A DNA stretch of 63,737 nt, filler included, from Calcarisporiella thermophila CBS 279.70 (lineage: Eukaryota; Fungi; Calcarisporiellomycota), in assembly GCF_041956535.1 (NCBI RefSeq). It is 11 parts of 11 records of this genome, joined end to end, with 100 filler letters (N's around TTAATTAATTAA, not from the genome) between each part and the next. Parts side by side here need not be neighbours in the genome. Positions count along the whole stretch, not along the records: positions 37,871 to 41,037 come from NW_027192264.1; positions 41,138 to 44,785 come from NW_027192260.1; positions 44,886 to 48,904 come from NW_027192226.1; positions 49,005 to 51,385 come from NW_027192288.1; 7 more parts are not named here. One strand, given 5' to 3'. This document shows positions 38,841 to 49,924 of the stretch, piece after piece; position 1 is the first letter of the stretch, and each line of letters begins with the position of its first letter. The notes under the pieces are model-generated. The model ran no database searches. It worked only from the letters and a program-made list of their open reading frames with translations, and had not been told where the DNA came from. The translations under genes and the position numbers were made by a program.

Positions 38841-39686
38841 ATGGCCAATAATGAAATAGCCTCAGTAGAAGCACCATCTACTGAACAAGTAGGAGAATTT
38901 TATGACTTAATCTCTCCTGCTATTACTGCTGCCACAGAGAGCGACTCTATACATTTCGGGTTTTGGGCAAACACTGAAGATCAAAGCTCACTTACTCAGG
39001 CAATAGAAAATTTAACGGATTTATTGATCAATAAAATAGATGTTAAATCGGGAGAGCGGGTTCTTGATATTGGTTGTGGGGTAGGAGGACCAGCAATCCG
39101 TCTTGCACGTATGACTGGGGCCAAGGTTGTGGGTATTAGTATTAGCGAGTCACAAGTAAAACAAGCGACAGAAAATGCAATTAAATCAGGAATGGCGGAA
39201 CAAGTATCCTTCGAATATGCTGATGCAATGGATCTACCTTTCCCACCAAATTCATTTGATGCAGTGTTGGCCTTGGAATCTATAATTCATATGGACCGTC
39301 TCAATACGCTTCAGCAGATTGCAAAAGTTCTGCGCCCCGGTGGTCGTCTTGTGCTCACTGATATATTTTGTCGCGAAAGCGACTCATCGCAAGTTAATGA
39401 AACCATAGAGAAGTTTAGGAGAGGGTTTATGTTGTCTCCTCTTGCAAAATTGGATGAGTATCCGGAGCTTATCTCAAATGCAGGGCTCAAATTAGAGCAA
39501 TTGTTAGATATATCACATAACACTAAAAAATCGTATTCCGCGATATGTGAGTCATTTCAAGAAAAAAAAGTGCAGATGAATACATTGATAGATACAGCAT
39601 CTATCGACTCCATGTCTTCTCTTCTATTGCCAATGGCAGACATAACAGAGATCGGCTATCTCGTAATTGTGGCTTCTCGCATATAA
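38841..39686 (+). CDS. Class I SAM-dependent methyltransferase, RebM/MitM/SpnF-like, 281 aa, intronless
   Basis: APSTEQVGEFYD, IHFGFW, LTDLL, RVLDIGCGVG, YADAMDLPF, FDAVLALES, VLRPGG, EIGYLVIVASR. Confidence 0.9.
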   Translation: MANNEIASVEAPSTEQVGEFYDLISPAITAATESDSIHFGFWANTEDQSSLTQAIENLTDLLINKIDVKSGERVLDIGCGVGGPAIRLARMTGAKVVGISISESQVKQATENAIKSGMAEQVSFEYADAMDLPFPPNSFDAVLALESIIHMDRLNTLQQIAKVLRPGGRLVLTDIFCRESDSSQVNETIEKFRRGFMLSPLAKLDEYPELISNAGLKLEQLLDISHNTKKSYSAICESFQEKKVQMNTLIDTASIDSMSSLLLPMADITEIGYLVIVASRI

Positions 39687-39825
39687 TACGGAAATCAGCT
39701 CCTGATGTAATGAAGAGAGATGGCTGTTAATGTGGTGAAAGTAATTTGCGACTTCAGAACTCCTATTGTAACACGACCGGTTTTATTCCCGTTTATTTTT
39801 GTTTTGAAGGCCCCATTTTTTCAAC

Positions 39826-40335
39826 CAGATCCAAGTGCTAGAATGGCCTTCCCAGTCTCCAGACTTAAATCTCATTGAACACTTGTGGGGTGAAATACAA
39901 CGACGCCTCGATAAGTATCCATTAAAGCCTAAGAACAAGAACGAACTTTGGGAACGAATTGAAAAGACTTGGGAAGGTATTGAGCAAGCGTATATCGAAA
40001 AACTCTATGCCAGCATGCCTGCGCGAGTCCATTCCGTGTATTACGCCAAAGGGGGCTACACTAAATATTAAGAAATAGCTTGGTGATAAAGGAAAGAAGA
40101 AAAAGGATTGATTTCGGGGAAATAGTTGCAAAAGTCACATATACACATTTGGCAATTTCAATCCCCTGTGTTTCGGATATTTTTTTTGTAAACTATATCA
40201 GTATATACACTGATGGAAAGGCTAGAACTTCTACTTTATATCAATAGAGTTTTAAGATTTCATTTAGATAAACGAAAGAGATATGAATGTATTTTGAAAA
40301 ACACTTCAATTTCATAAACATTTGTGCGGCATCCT
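39826..40335 (+). mobile_element. Tc1-family transposon 3' fragment
   Basis: LEWPSQSPDLNLIEH...KGGYTKY; degenerate TIR near 40308-40335; near-identical to 42395-42896. Confidence 0.9.
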
Positions 40336-40378
40336 AATCTAAATAGATTGGTCCAATCAAATCTCATAATTCTTATTT

Positions 40379-40921
40379 CTATATTTCTGATTCTGTCTGA
40401 TTTTTTGTGGAAACTCCCATATCTGCTGCCTTGTATGCCTCATGGTGACGCGTTATTGTGATGTGCGATGCCAGGCTGAAGACTAAATCGCGCGCGTCCG
40501 ACGCTCTTTGGAGTAGCCGATCGGTTACCTCCTCGCCCAGTGCATTCCTTAGCCGAGGAATATCTCCTAACAGGATATCCAAGGGCCTGGAGATTAACAT
40601 AACCTCCTTCGAGATTTCCCCCAGGTTCGCGTCGTGTCTTCTGGCGGTATGGCCCATGAATGGCCAGATCGACGGGTTCATCAGAGGTGCGTCATACTTG
40701 AGGTCTGATCGGGGGGGACTGCTGTCCCATATTACTTGTCGTTCCTCAGACGTGAGGAAGGACTCCGGTGCGTATGGTGTTTTTCGCCCAATCGCGTCCG
40801 CTATATCGTCCGCTGGCGTCCACTGATGTCTCTCGCGGATAGGCACTGGAGAGAGTAGTGCCAAGAGAGATCCTTCAGTATTCGCGTGCTGATTTGTTGC
40901 TTGCGTGGACGAGGGCTCCAT
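40379..40921 (-). mobile_element. Gag-like ORF fragment of a DIRS/Ngaro-type retroelement
   Basis: HDANL...ISRPLD pattern resembles fungal DIRS ORF1; GC-richer than flanks; preceded by the repeat at 40954-41035. Confidence 0.5.
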
Positions 40922-41137
40922 TTCTCAAACGGAAGTATGCCAGTTCAAAAAACGGCCAAGGAGTTACACTTGGGAAACGACAGCTTTTTATACTCTTGAT
41001 TTATTCTCAGATTTTTTTCTTTATTTTTCTTTAAACTNNNNNNNNNNNNNNNNNNNNNNNNNNNNNNNNNNNNNNNNNNNNTTAATTAATTAANNNNNNN
41101 NNNNNNNNNNNNNNNNNNNNNNNNNNNNNNNNNNNNN

Positions 41138-41692
41138 ATAAATCTGGAACATAGCGCCCTCGAGCCGAGGAAATATGGTTAAGAGGCCTGGTACATCTTC
41201 AATGGTGAATAGCCGATAGGTATCGATCTTACGCACCTGAGGAAATACGTGCCCCGCTAGATATTTCACGGGGTTATAGAGCACACAATTCCACGCCACC
41301 CGATAATTAAACTGCAGGGTCAGGTGCAGAAGCTGTTCGCGAAAGTGCAGTAGAAAAGGCGTGATTTTCGAATAGTTGTTCCCGGGTAGATCAAGATGAA
41401 CGTGGGTGAGATTAGGGTAGAACCTTGGAATAACGTGCAGTGCCTCGTCGCCTGGGGTGGGTTCATCTCCGAACTCACCTTTGAACTCCCTGACGAACTT
41501 GCCTCTAGTCGCAAGCAGCTGCTTGTCTTTGCAAGGCCAGTTGCTATTGCTTATCTTCCTCCAGAGCGGCGAGGTAAGTAGCGAGAAGAACCTGTGGCAG
41601 ACGAGAGAGCATTGCTTCAACTCACGCCTGGAGAGGTGGACAAAAATTGTGAGCCAAATCTCGTCTGGTATCTCATACAGTGGTCTAACCAT
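41138..41692 (-). CDS. F-box protein, N-terminal part (truncated by contig end)
   Basis: IPDEIWLTIFVHL...CSLVCHRF...LWRKI, followed by LRR-like segments. Confidence 0.8.
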
Positions 41693-41789
41693 TAACTAGT
41701 ACGATTAATGAGATTTCGGACACTGTCTGCAGTCCTCGTCTCCTGCTGATGCCACCTTTTATTTGGTGAATCCAATCGTTCACCTATAC

Positions 41790-42896
41790 TGACCGAGAGA
41801 AACGAGCGTAAGGTTGATACGCTGGTCTCATCAGGACAATGTTCTAACGCAGCTGATGCTAAAAATCACCTCAAAGACGAGTATCAGATCGAAGTCTCTA
41901 CCGATACTGTAAGGCGTACATTGCAGAGATACGGATTATCTGCAAGAGTCAAAAAAAGGAAGCCTCTCCTTTCAAAGAAACACCGAAAACAGCGGATGGA
42001 GTTCGCCAAAAAGCACTTAGATTGGACAGTGGAGCAATGGAAGACTGTAGTATGGTCTGATGAGAGTAAATTCACTCTCTACCGAAACACAGGAAGGGAG
42101 TATTGTTATAGACGCAAAGGTGAGCCCCTCCGGAATCGTCATGTTAAACCTACGATCAAGCATGGTGGAAGGTCATTGCTGGTCTGGGGGTGCATAACGG
42201 AATATGGTGTGGGGAATCTTTGTAAGATAGATGGAGGGTTGAATGCTTTACTTTACTGCAGCATTCTTCAGAAGGACTTCTTGGGAACTTTCGATTATTA
42301 CGGTATGGACAGGTCGAAATATATTTTTCAACAGGATAACGATCCAAAGCACACGGCCAGAACCACCAAAGCATGGCTGAAAAACAGCAAGGTGCAGGTG
42401 CTAGAATGACCTTCGCAATCCCCTGACTTAAATCCCATTGAACATATGTGGAGTGAAGCACAGCGACGCCTCGATAAGTATCCACGAAAGCCTAAGAATA
42501 AGAACGAACTTTGGGAGCGAATCGAAAAGACTTGGGAAGGTATTGAGCAAGCGTATATCGAAAAGCTCTATGCCAGCATGCCGGCGCGAGTTCATGCAGT
42601 GTATTATGCAAAAGGAGGCTACACGAAATATTAAGAAATAGTCTGGGGATAAAGAAGGGAAGGAAAAGGATCGATTTCGGGGAAAAAGTTGCAAAAGTCA
42701 CATATACACTTTTGACAATTTCAACCCCCTGTGTTTCGGGTATTTTTTTTTGTAAACAATATCAGTATTTGCACTAATGGAAAGGCCAGAACTTCTATTT
42801 TATATCAATAAAGTTTCAAGTATTAGTTTAGATAAGTGAATGAGATATAAACGTGTTAAAACACTCCAATTTCATATACCTTCATGCGGCATACTG
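41790..42896 (+). mobile_element. Tc1 (DD34E) transposon, 5'-truncated, transposase pseudogenised
   Basis: WSDESKF, QQDNDPKH, SPDLNPIEH; TGG>TGA stop at 42407-42409; right TIR ...TGCGGCATACTG followed by TA. Confidence 0.93.
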
Positions 42897-43170
42897 TATG
42901 TAGATCGAATTCGTCGCTACCAATTGTGTCATGATATTAATTTTACCATCATGACGCTATTAAGGTCTAAGCCATAAATGGCCTAGGACCGTAATACCAA
43001 TTTTATTAACTGTTATTTCGTATAACATTATTTTATCATTCGATTGTTTGATCTTTAAATAGTCTCTGCTATTTGTTTTCTGGTCCTTACTTCTTTTTCT
43101 TTGTTCTTTTATTATATTTTATTATATTATTATAGAGGAGTCCAAAAGTAGAAATACTTTTGTAACAAAT

Positions 43171-43281
43171 TATAAGATTTCTCGAGTTCTGGAGGGATCG
43201 GAGTTCCAAAGATTCCAAATCAAGTAAGTCAAGAAGAAAAAGATTGATTAACTTATTCTTTACAAAAAATCAAAGACATTA
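43171..43281 (+). repeat. Partial inverted copy of the solo LTR at 56606-56881
   Basis: About 75 bp are the exact reverse complement of 56804-56879, then similarity decays. Confidence 0.85.
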
Positions 43282-43389
43282 TAATATAATATATGTAGAA
43301 ACGCCATTGTCACGTCACGGAAGTGTGACAATTATAAACTTGAATTTATTGTCGAGAGATAAGAGTACAAGGATATGCGGCACATCTCG

Positions 43390-44223
43390 TTACTTGACCT
43401 TGGAGTACTTCTCCAGAGCGTCATGTAACCGTCCAAAGACGCCCTCATGCCAGCTCCTCACCTCGGCCCACTCGTCCTCCGGGAGAAGGGTGCTCATCAT
43501 GCGCAACCATGCTCCGACGATCAGATCAGCATAACTGGCTTGTTCACCCAACAAGAAAGGCCCGCTGGTGTCCTTCAAAAAGAGCTTGCTAAGGTTGCCC
43601 AGCATGGCACGGAGAGACTCCTTAAGTGTCGCCCGCAGTTCGCCCTTAACCTCGAAATCGTCCCACGACTTCGCGCCAGCGCGCTGCAAAAAGATGGCCT
43701 TGCAAGCGTCAGCAGTGGCAGGATCAAAGGGCATTCTGTGAACCCAAAGAAGAATGTGGGCGGTGAATGCTGCGTCGACGTTTGTATTGAATCGGGCGTA
43801 CTCCTCGTATTCGCTCTCCCTCTGCTCTGACAGTGGAACAAGCGGATTGTGTTCATAGACGAAATCGAGTTGTTGTGGGGGGAAAAGGTTGCCTGAGCCC
43901 GCATCCGGGTAATTGTTTTGCAGGTGGACGGCAATATCAAAGGAGTCTCCAATCTTCGAGTCTGTGTTGGGATCAATCAGAATGGGAAGTGTATAGAACT
44001 CGGTGCCATCGCTAAACTTGCGGCAGGCTTCCAGGCCGAGATCGCGACGAACTTTAGCAATGTCGGGAAGATGAACCCATGTTGTAGAATAATCAAGATT
44101 CTTGAAGTTAAGAGCCAATCGGCCCTTCCAAGGGTTTGGTGAGCAGCAGTTAGATTCGATTGGCTGGCGCATGGCGATGTCATAGTACGCCATGGGCTTG
44201 GAAGGCTTGGATGGTGTCGTCAT
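43390..44223 (-). CDS. GST-fold protein (LigE/GSTFuA/UstS-like class), intronless, 277 aa
   Basis: SPNPWKGRLALNFK, YTLPIL, IGDSFDIAVHL, SYADLIVGAWL. Confidence 0.88.
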   Translation of the reverse strand: MTTPSKPSKPMAYYDIAMRQPIESNCCSPNPWKGRLALNFKNLDYSTTWVHLPDIAKVRRDLGLEACRKFSDGTEFYTLPILIDPNTDSKIGDSFDIAVHLQNNYPDAGSGNLFPPQQLDFVYEHNPLVPLSEQRESEYEEYARFNTNVDAAFTAHILLWVHRMPFDPATADACKAIFLQRAGAKSWDDFEVKGELRATLKESLRAMLGNLSKLFLKDTSGPFLLGEQASYADLIVGAWLRMMSTLLPEDEWAEVRSWHEGVFGRLHDALEKYSKVK

Positions 44224-45561
44224 TTGTTATGGATAGTTTGAGATAGGAGAGTAAGAGAAAACTCCGCTTAGTTTATTCCAAAGTCCAAAAGCCAATATAT
44301 ATATGTGCATATAATGATGATGTCACAAATAGTCACAAGTATAAGACAAGCTGAAACTACGAAACGTAACAATATTCGAATAAAAGCTAAGCCCTAAAAT
44401 TGATGGCTTGGTTTGATCCCAAATTAGGATTTTTGACAGCGGAGCTTAAAACTAGTTTATTAGACGCTTGATTAACCTTGGAAAACAAGTACATAATCTT
44501 TAATATACTTGATTTGGAACTATTCGAACTCCAATTTCAAAGAAACTAAAGAAAATTACAATTGGCCATTTGAGTCGAATCAATAGAGGGCTTGACTATG
44601 TGTAATACACGATAATCATCAGCAAATACCATCCTTATTGGTTTCTTATTGCTTATTGAACTATTAAAGGATATATTTTTCCAAGAGTAGAACTAAAAAA
44701 AATATAATGCGGATTCTGAATATTGGGATTATAATACAGGAAAGTGGCTGTTTAGTTTTTTCATTAAAAACATGTTTTTTTGCCCNNNNNNNNNNNNNNN
44801 NNNNNNNNNNNNNNNNNNNNNNNNNNNNNTTAATTAATTAANNNNNNNNNNNNNNNNNNNNNNNNNNNNNNNNNNNNNNNNNNNNAAGAAAGAAGATTTC
44901 CATGAGCTTTGGTATTCGATAAAGTCGTATTGGAGATAAGTGTTTTGGATGAAGGATTTTTCGTCTCCTTGGACTCGTATCCAACTTTCCTTATACCAAA
45001 GCTCTTGGAAATCTTCTTTCTTATCCTTTACGAACGCTGACCACCATTTGGTCCTCATGATTTTTTGCATCTCGTGTTCTAGTTGTTCCGCGAGTGCTAT
45101 TTCGCTTGGTTGGGCGTTGTCCATTATTATCGATAATCTGGGTCGATAAGTTACCACCAAACTATTCTTTTTTTTTATCAAAACTGAGTTTTTATTGTTT
45201 AAGAATACTCTAAAGTTCAATGCTTACACCATTGAAAATAAAATGAAAAGAAAGCTAAAGGTTAAGGCGGTATTGTAATTCAGGATCCACCATTTAATTT
45301 TTCTCCCTTTGGATGTATTTTTTTTTACATCCACTTGATTTTTGTCTGAAGGGAATGGAAGGGTAGACTTCTATGTCAAAATCACTCAGGTAATGCTCCT
45401 GGCCAGCCTTGTAGAGAGGAATTGCTTGTACCGATAAGGATACAGAATAAGAAGAAGTATATATGGAAGCATTTCATTGACGCATTTTGCTACATTTCGG
45501 AGTTGTAACGAAGTAGCTTTAGCTCGATTCTTAGAGTATGTCCCGGCCACATCTCTAGTAC

Positions 45562-45637
45562 TGGTGCTGTCACCGGGAATCGAACCCAGCACACAATGGT
45601 TAAGCTCCGGGGCTCTTAACCACTGTGCCATCCAAGG
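45562..45637 (-). ncRNA. tRNA-derived pseudo-tRNA / SINE-like head
   Basis: A box TGGCACAGTGG, B box GGTTCGATTCC, encoded ...GCACCA; no acceptor-stem pairing and no anticodon arm. Confidence 0.6.
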
Positions 45638-45733
45638 ACGGCAGGTCTGCCAAACTGTTCGCTAAAACAGTCACACATAATATAATTACATATTTTGTTT
45701 TCGCAAAGATTCATCGTAGCACAAATACAAACT

Positions 45734-45805
45734 GCCCGCTTGGCCAAGTGGTAAGGCGTCTGTCTTGTAAACAGAAGATCGTGGGCTCGAATCCCACAGT
45801 GGGCA
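45734..45805 (+). tRNA. tRNA-Thr(TGT)
   Basis: Acceptor GCCCGCT/AGTGGGC, anticodon arm TCTGT-CTTGTAA-ACAGA, T arm GTGGG-CTCGAAT-CCCAC, downstream TTTT. Confidence 0.9.
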
Positions 45806-45977
45806 TACGTTTTATTGGACTCATTCTTTTTATTTTGATCAATTCACTTGGACGAGAGAAGCAATGCAATATAATGGATATAGCTATTGAGTTATTGAGA
45901 AAAAATTACCTACTCGCTATATTGAGATAATAATGAGAAAATTAATCGACCAGCGTTGCATTAGCACTTTTGAAGCT

Positions 45978-47411
45978 TCACTCTTTCAAAGCCCTCGATA
46001 TCAGTTGATCGCAGTATTTAACTAATTTCTCAACTTCGTTGGGAGTCGATCGCGTTCTCATATAGCTCAAATGCGGTGAATTGGGCTCCCTATCTATTGA
46101 AGAAATCGTGAGTAACAGAATAAGCAGACATGTTGTCTTTCGGCTGAGTACCGAAAAGAAAGCTCCCATTGGGAATATATTCCACTTCAGGGGAAATTGC
46201 TGCCCAAACAATCGTATCTGCTCCTTGGGAGGCTGTGCGGAGCAACTGGTAAAAGTTTTTGTAAAAGAATTGCATCGAATTTTGCACTACCACAATTGCC
46301 AGGGAAATGTTAGGAAAATATAAAATGCCTTTACTATTAACATATCGGAATAGAGAATACCTCCGGGGGTATCGGCCCACCCTTAAAAGTTGTATAGATT
46401 ATCAACATTAATGCCAAGTTCTCTGTTTTGGACAAAAGATTAGCTATTCACCTGGGTGCATTGAGTAAAAGCAAACACCACTGTTTTCATATTTCCTTGC
46501 CCAGTATTCAGTGAGTTCGATTTGAGCTCGCTACAACACGAGATATGCAAGAAGATTTGTGACGGAAAAGTCCACTGCCTAAACCCAACTTTTAAACTAC
46601 CTTGCTACTTGCATATGCAGTGTATCCGTTGTAAATAGAATTTTTGAACTCAACGTCGTTTGTCTCCAACTTGAGGAAGTAAGCTCCCCCCGACGAAACA
46701 TTCACAACGCGCCCTCGCCTGCTCTCCTGCAGCAATGGCATGAGAAGGGTTGTAAGATAGTAGGTTCCTAAAACATTAGTTGCAAATGTCTGCTCCACGC
46801 CATGTCGGGTTTGTTTGCGCTCATGTATCATGACGCCCGCATTGTTCACCTATTATGAATCGAAACGGGTTAATATTATTCTTTTGTGCTTTGGGTGCAA
46901 TGGGTGACCGCCGCCCACGTTCATACCAGGACGTCAACAGGCTCTCTACGGTTTATCATTTCATCAGCAAACGCCTTCAAATCTAGCGGATCCGCCACAT
47001 CAACCACATGAAGGATCAATCTAGCAGATTCATCTGCATCACTATTTATCTCCTTCAGTATCTCGCGCATCGCAATTTCGCCCGCCTCTGCATTGCGACA
47101 GAGCATGTGCACTTTAGCTCCACGTTTGGCGAGTTCCAAAACGGTCTCTCTACCAAGTCCACGGTTTGCACCTAAGGAGACACAGCAAAGGCAAACGATA
47201 TTAATCCGTTATATACTAATCCCGTTGAGAAGAAAATAAGAGGAATACCAGTTACAACACAGTTCCATCCTCGAAGATCTACATCAAGAGCCTCCGGATT
47301 GAAATGGGCAGCCTTTGCATAATAACCGGCTGCAGTAAAGGCGCTGAATCCCCAGGGCCAGAATAGAATGGACCGTGGAAAAATAAGTAGCTGTTCGAGC
47401 AATGATGGCAT
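45978..47411 (-). CDS. Short-chain dehydrogenase/reductase (DHRS12-like), multi-exon
   Basis: Spliced VVTG|ANRGLG, NNAG, NVSSGG, YASSK, MHP|GWADTP, GADTIVW. Confidence 0.9.
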
Positions 47412-47707
47412 TGCAAGCACAAGGATGAAGCTTTCCCTTCGATTCAATATATATCAAGAAACCAGTAATCTAAATTTTCAATATGGAATTTGATCGACGA
47501 ATGAATTTAATTGGGGAATGGCGTGGAGATGAAAAGTTTACCATAATGAGAGAAGAGTTTAAGGGATATCAGATGAAAAAAAAATATTATAAGGGTAATT
47601 GTTCAGACAAATATTAGTGAGGTTATCAGTCAAAAAGGAAGTTGATTACCATGTAAAATAAAATAAGAAATAATATGAAAGAGACACTGGATATACTTTG
47701 TAATTAA

Positions 47708-48904
47708 CTACTGCTTTGCTCGATTGTATTTTAGATATCGACCTCTACCTCTTCCCCTAGGTCGTCGCCCTCCACGGCTACTTTCCACGCCCGCGGCACT
47801 GAAATCAGGGTCCGCTTTGGCAATTTTGAGCTTGTTCTCTCCCAGCTCCTTACCGTCCATCCTCAGGGCATCCTCGAATGCAGATTCGTTTGCAAAATCA
47901 ACATAGCAGAAGCTGCGCTGCTGTTGCGTGTTGCGGTCGTGCATCAATCGCACGCGTCTAATACTCGGAGCAACGTTGCCGAAGAAGTCGCGAATATCTT
48001 CCTCGGTTACGGGCAAATGTCGGAGACCAGAAATGAAAATTGTATACTGCAGTGTGGGGGGGGAGGGGGGGAAGGGAAAGAGGGTAAAGGGAGGCGCATT
48101 AACACAAATAAAAATTCAATTACTTTGATGTGATTTGAATGGCCGTTTATTTTACCAAATTAACTTTGTGCTGTATATCTGTAAGAGAATTTCCATTGGG
48201 ATATCCCCCATTTGCCTTAATGCCCTCGTTTTTCTCTTCATCTTCCTCTTGCTCCTCCTCTTCCACATCACCCTCCTCTTCTTCAGCATCCTCTTTCACC
48301 GATTTTCCATCTATTATATCTGGACGGTTAGATGAGCAAGTACGTTATTGCATGTCTTTCTGACCTTCTTTAGCCGCTGACGCTCTTGGTTTAATAGTTG
48401 GATTTTGTTGTGACTGTGTTCCGATTATTGCCGCCGTTGTCGGTTGACTAGAGCCATGTTGGTGTGGCATTGATGTTGGAGCCGCAAGCTGCGCTCCACT
48501 CCTCCTGTATGAGAAATTGAAACCCTGTGCTTTCCATTCCGCCGATACTCGCCCATTACTAATGTCCAACACAAGCCAGCCGAAAGCTGCATCAGACAGG
48601 TTGAAGTTCCATGCGTTCTTGAATGCGGCTTCGTCTCCAGCTCTTTCTGCTAGGGTCGATTCCTGTGCCGAAGCAGGAACTCGGTTCACCACTGTCAGGA
48701 AGTTTTGAAGAAGAATGCGCTGCTTATCACTATGCAATTTATAAAAATATTATCAGAATCGACAAAAGAATCCATCACCCTTCGATCTCTCAGTGATTCA
48801 AATCTGCTTACTCTAACTGACTCTCAACTTGCGTCTTAATCCGCTCCCATATATGCATAAAGCTTCTTTGGGATTGCAATAGTCGGATATAATAGTGCTC
48901 TTGG
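47708..48904 (-). CDS. 3' part of a DUF2433-type (calcineurin-like phosphoesterase family) protein with acidic linker, RRM and RG tail
   Basis: AFKNAWNFNLSDAAFGWLVLDI...AQGFNF recalls this fungal family; RNP1-like RSFCYVDF; RPRGRGRGR tail; truncated by contig end. Confidence 0.65.
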
Positions 48905-49924
48905 NNNNNNNNNNNNNNNNNNNNNNNNNNNNNNNNNNNNNNNNNNNNTTAATTAATTAANNNNNNNNNNNNNNNNNNNNNNNNNNNNNNNNNNNNNNNN
49001 NNNNGCCACTCACTTTATTTCTAATATCCAGATGTAGGAATTATGTACCCAAAGCATATAATATTCCCACTCCATCATAATGATTTGGTAGCTCAGCAAT
49101 AAAATAATCCGACATCACACCGCATCAGTTCATTATACAATTTTTTAGGGGGCATTGCATAAACGGTCGTGGTGAGAAAAAATCGGAAAGAATTTTGTAT
49201 AGTTTAATAGGTATACAAGGAGAGAAATGGGAGTTTCCACAAAAAATCAGACAGAATCAGAAATATAGAAATAAGAATTATAAGATTTGATTGGACCAAT
49301 CTATTTAGATATAAAACTCCAGAATTATAGCAAAATCTTTGAGGGCTAATAGCTCTGCGAATATCCATCCTAGAGCTCTCATTTTTAGTGCAATCGATAC
49401 ACAATCACTTGTAGTAGCTTTCTAAAAACCACCATCAAAATTCTCCCTTCCTCTAGTAGGTTATTCTTTATTTACTAACCTAACCTAGTACCTCCCCCAA
49501 TACTTACATTTTTATCCACTCTTAAACCCCCTTAACGCTTGATTAAATAGGATAGAGAGGTGTGCAACGGCGTTTGAAGGCAGGAGGAAACCTCAAAGAG
49601 GGAAAGGTTTTGCTCGCTAGCATTCTAAACCTATTTCCTTTGAGGTAATCAACCATTGCTCCCGAACCTCTATCCTATGCCAGGAATTTCTCCCCAAAAT
49701 ACAGTCTCCTGTGTATGAAAATTATGTACATAAATCTTCGAAGAAATGTTAGTCAAGGAATCCACAGGAGACAGCCAAGAGAGCGGGGTGGAATTCCCGG
49801 CTTAAACCAAACTCTCTCGGATACAAGAATGAAAATATGATCCCTTGACTCCATTTCTTCTTTTGGCCCCTCCTCCCCCCCTCCTCCTCACCTTCTTCCA
49901 CCCCCATCCGGATAAACTGCATAA

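Noticed and set aside
42407-42409. In-frame TGA at a conserved Trp as alternative genetic code or readthrough
   Set aside because: The sister copy at about 39844 has TGG, and host genes use TGA as stop; it is a simple decay mutation.
44886-45220. Truncated minus-strand ORF at contig start
   Set aside because: Too short and unrecognised; possibly a TE fragment.
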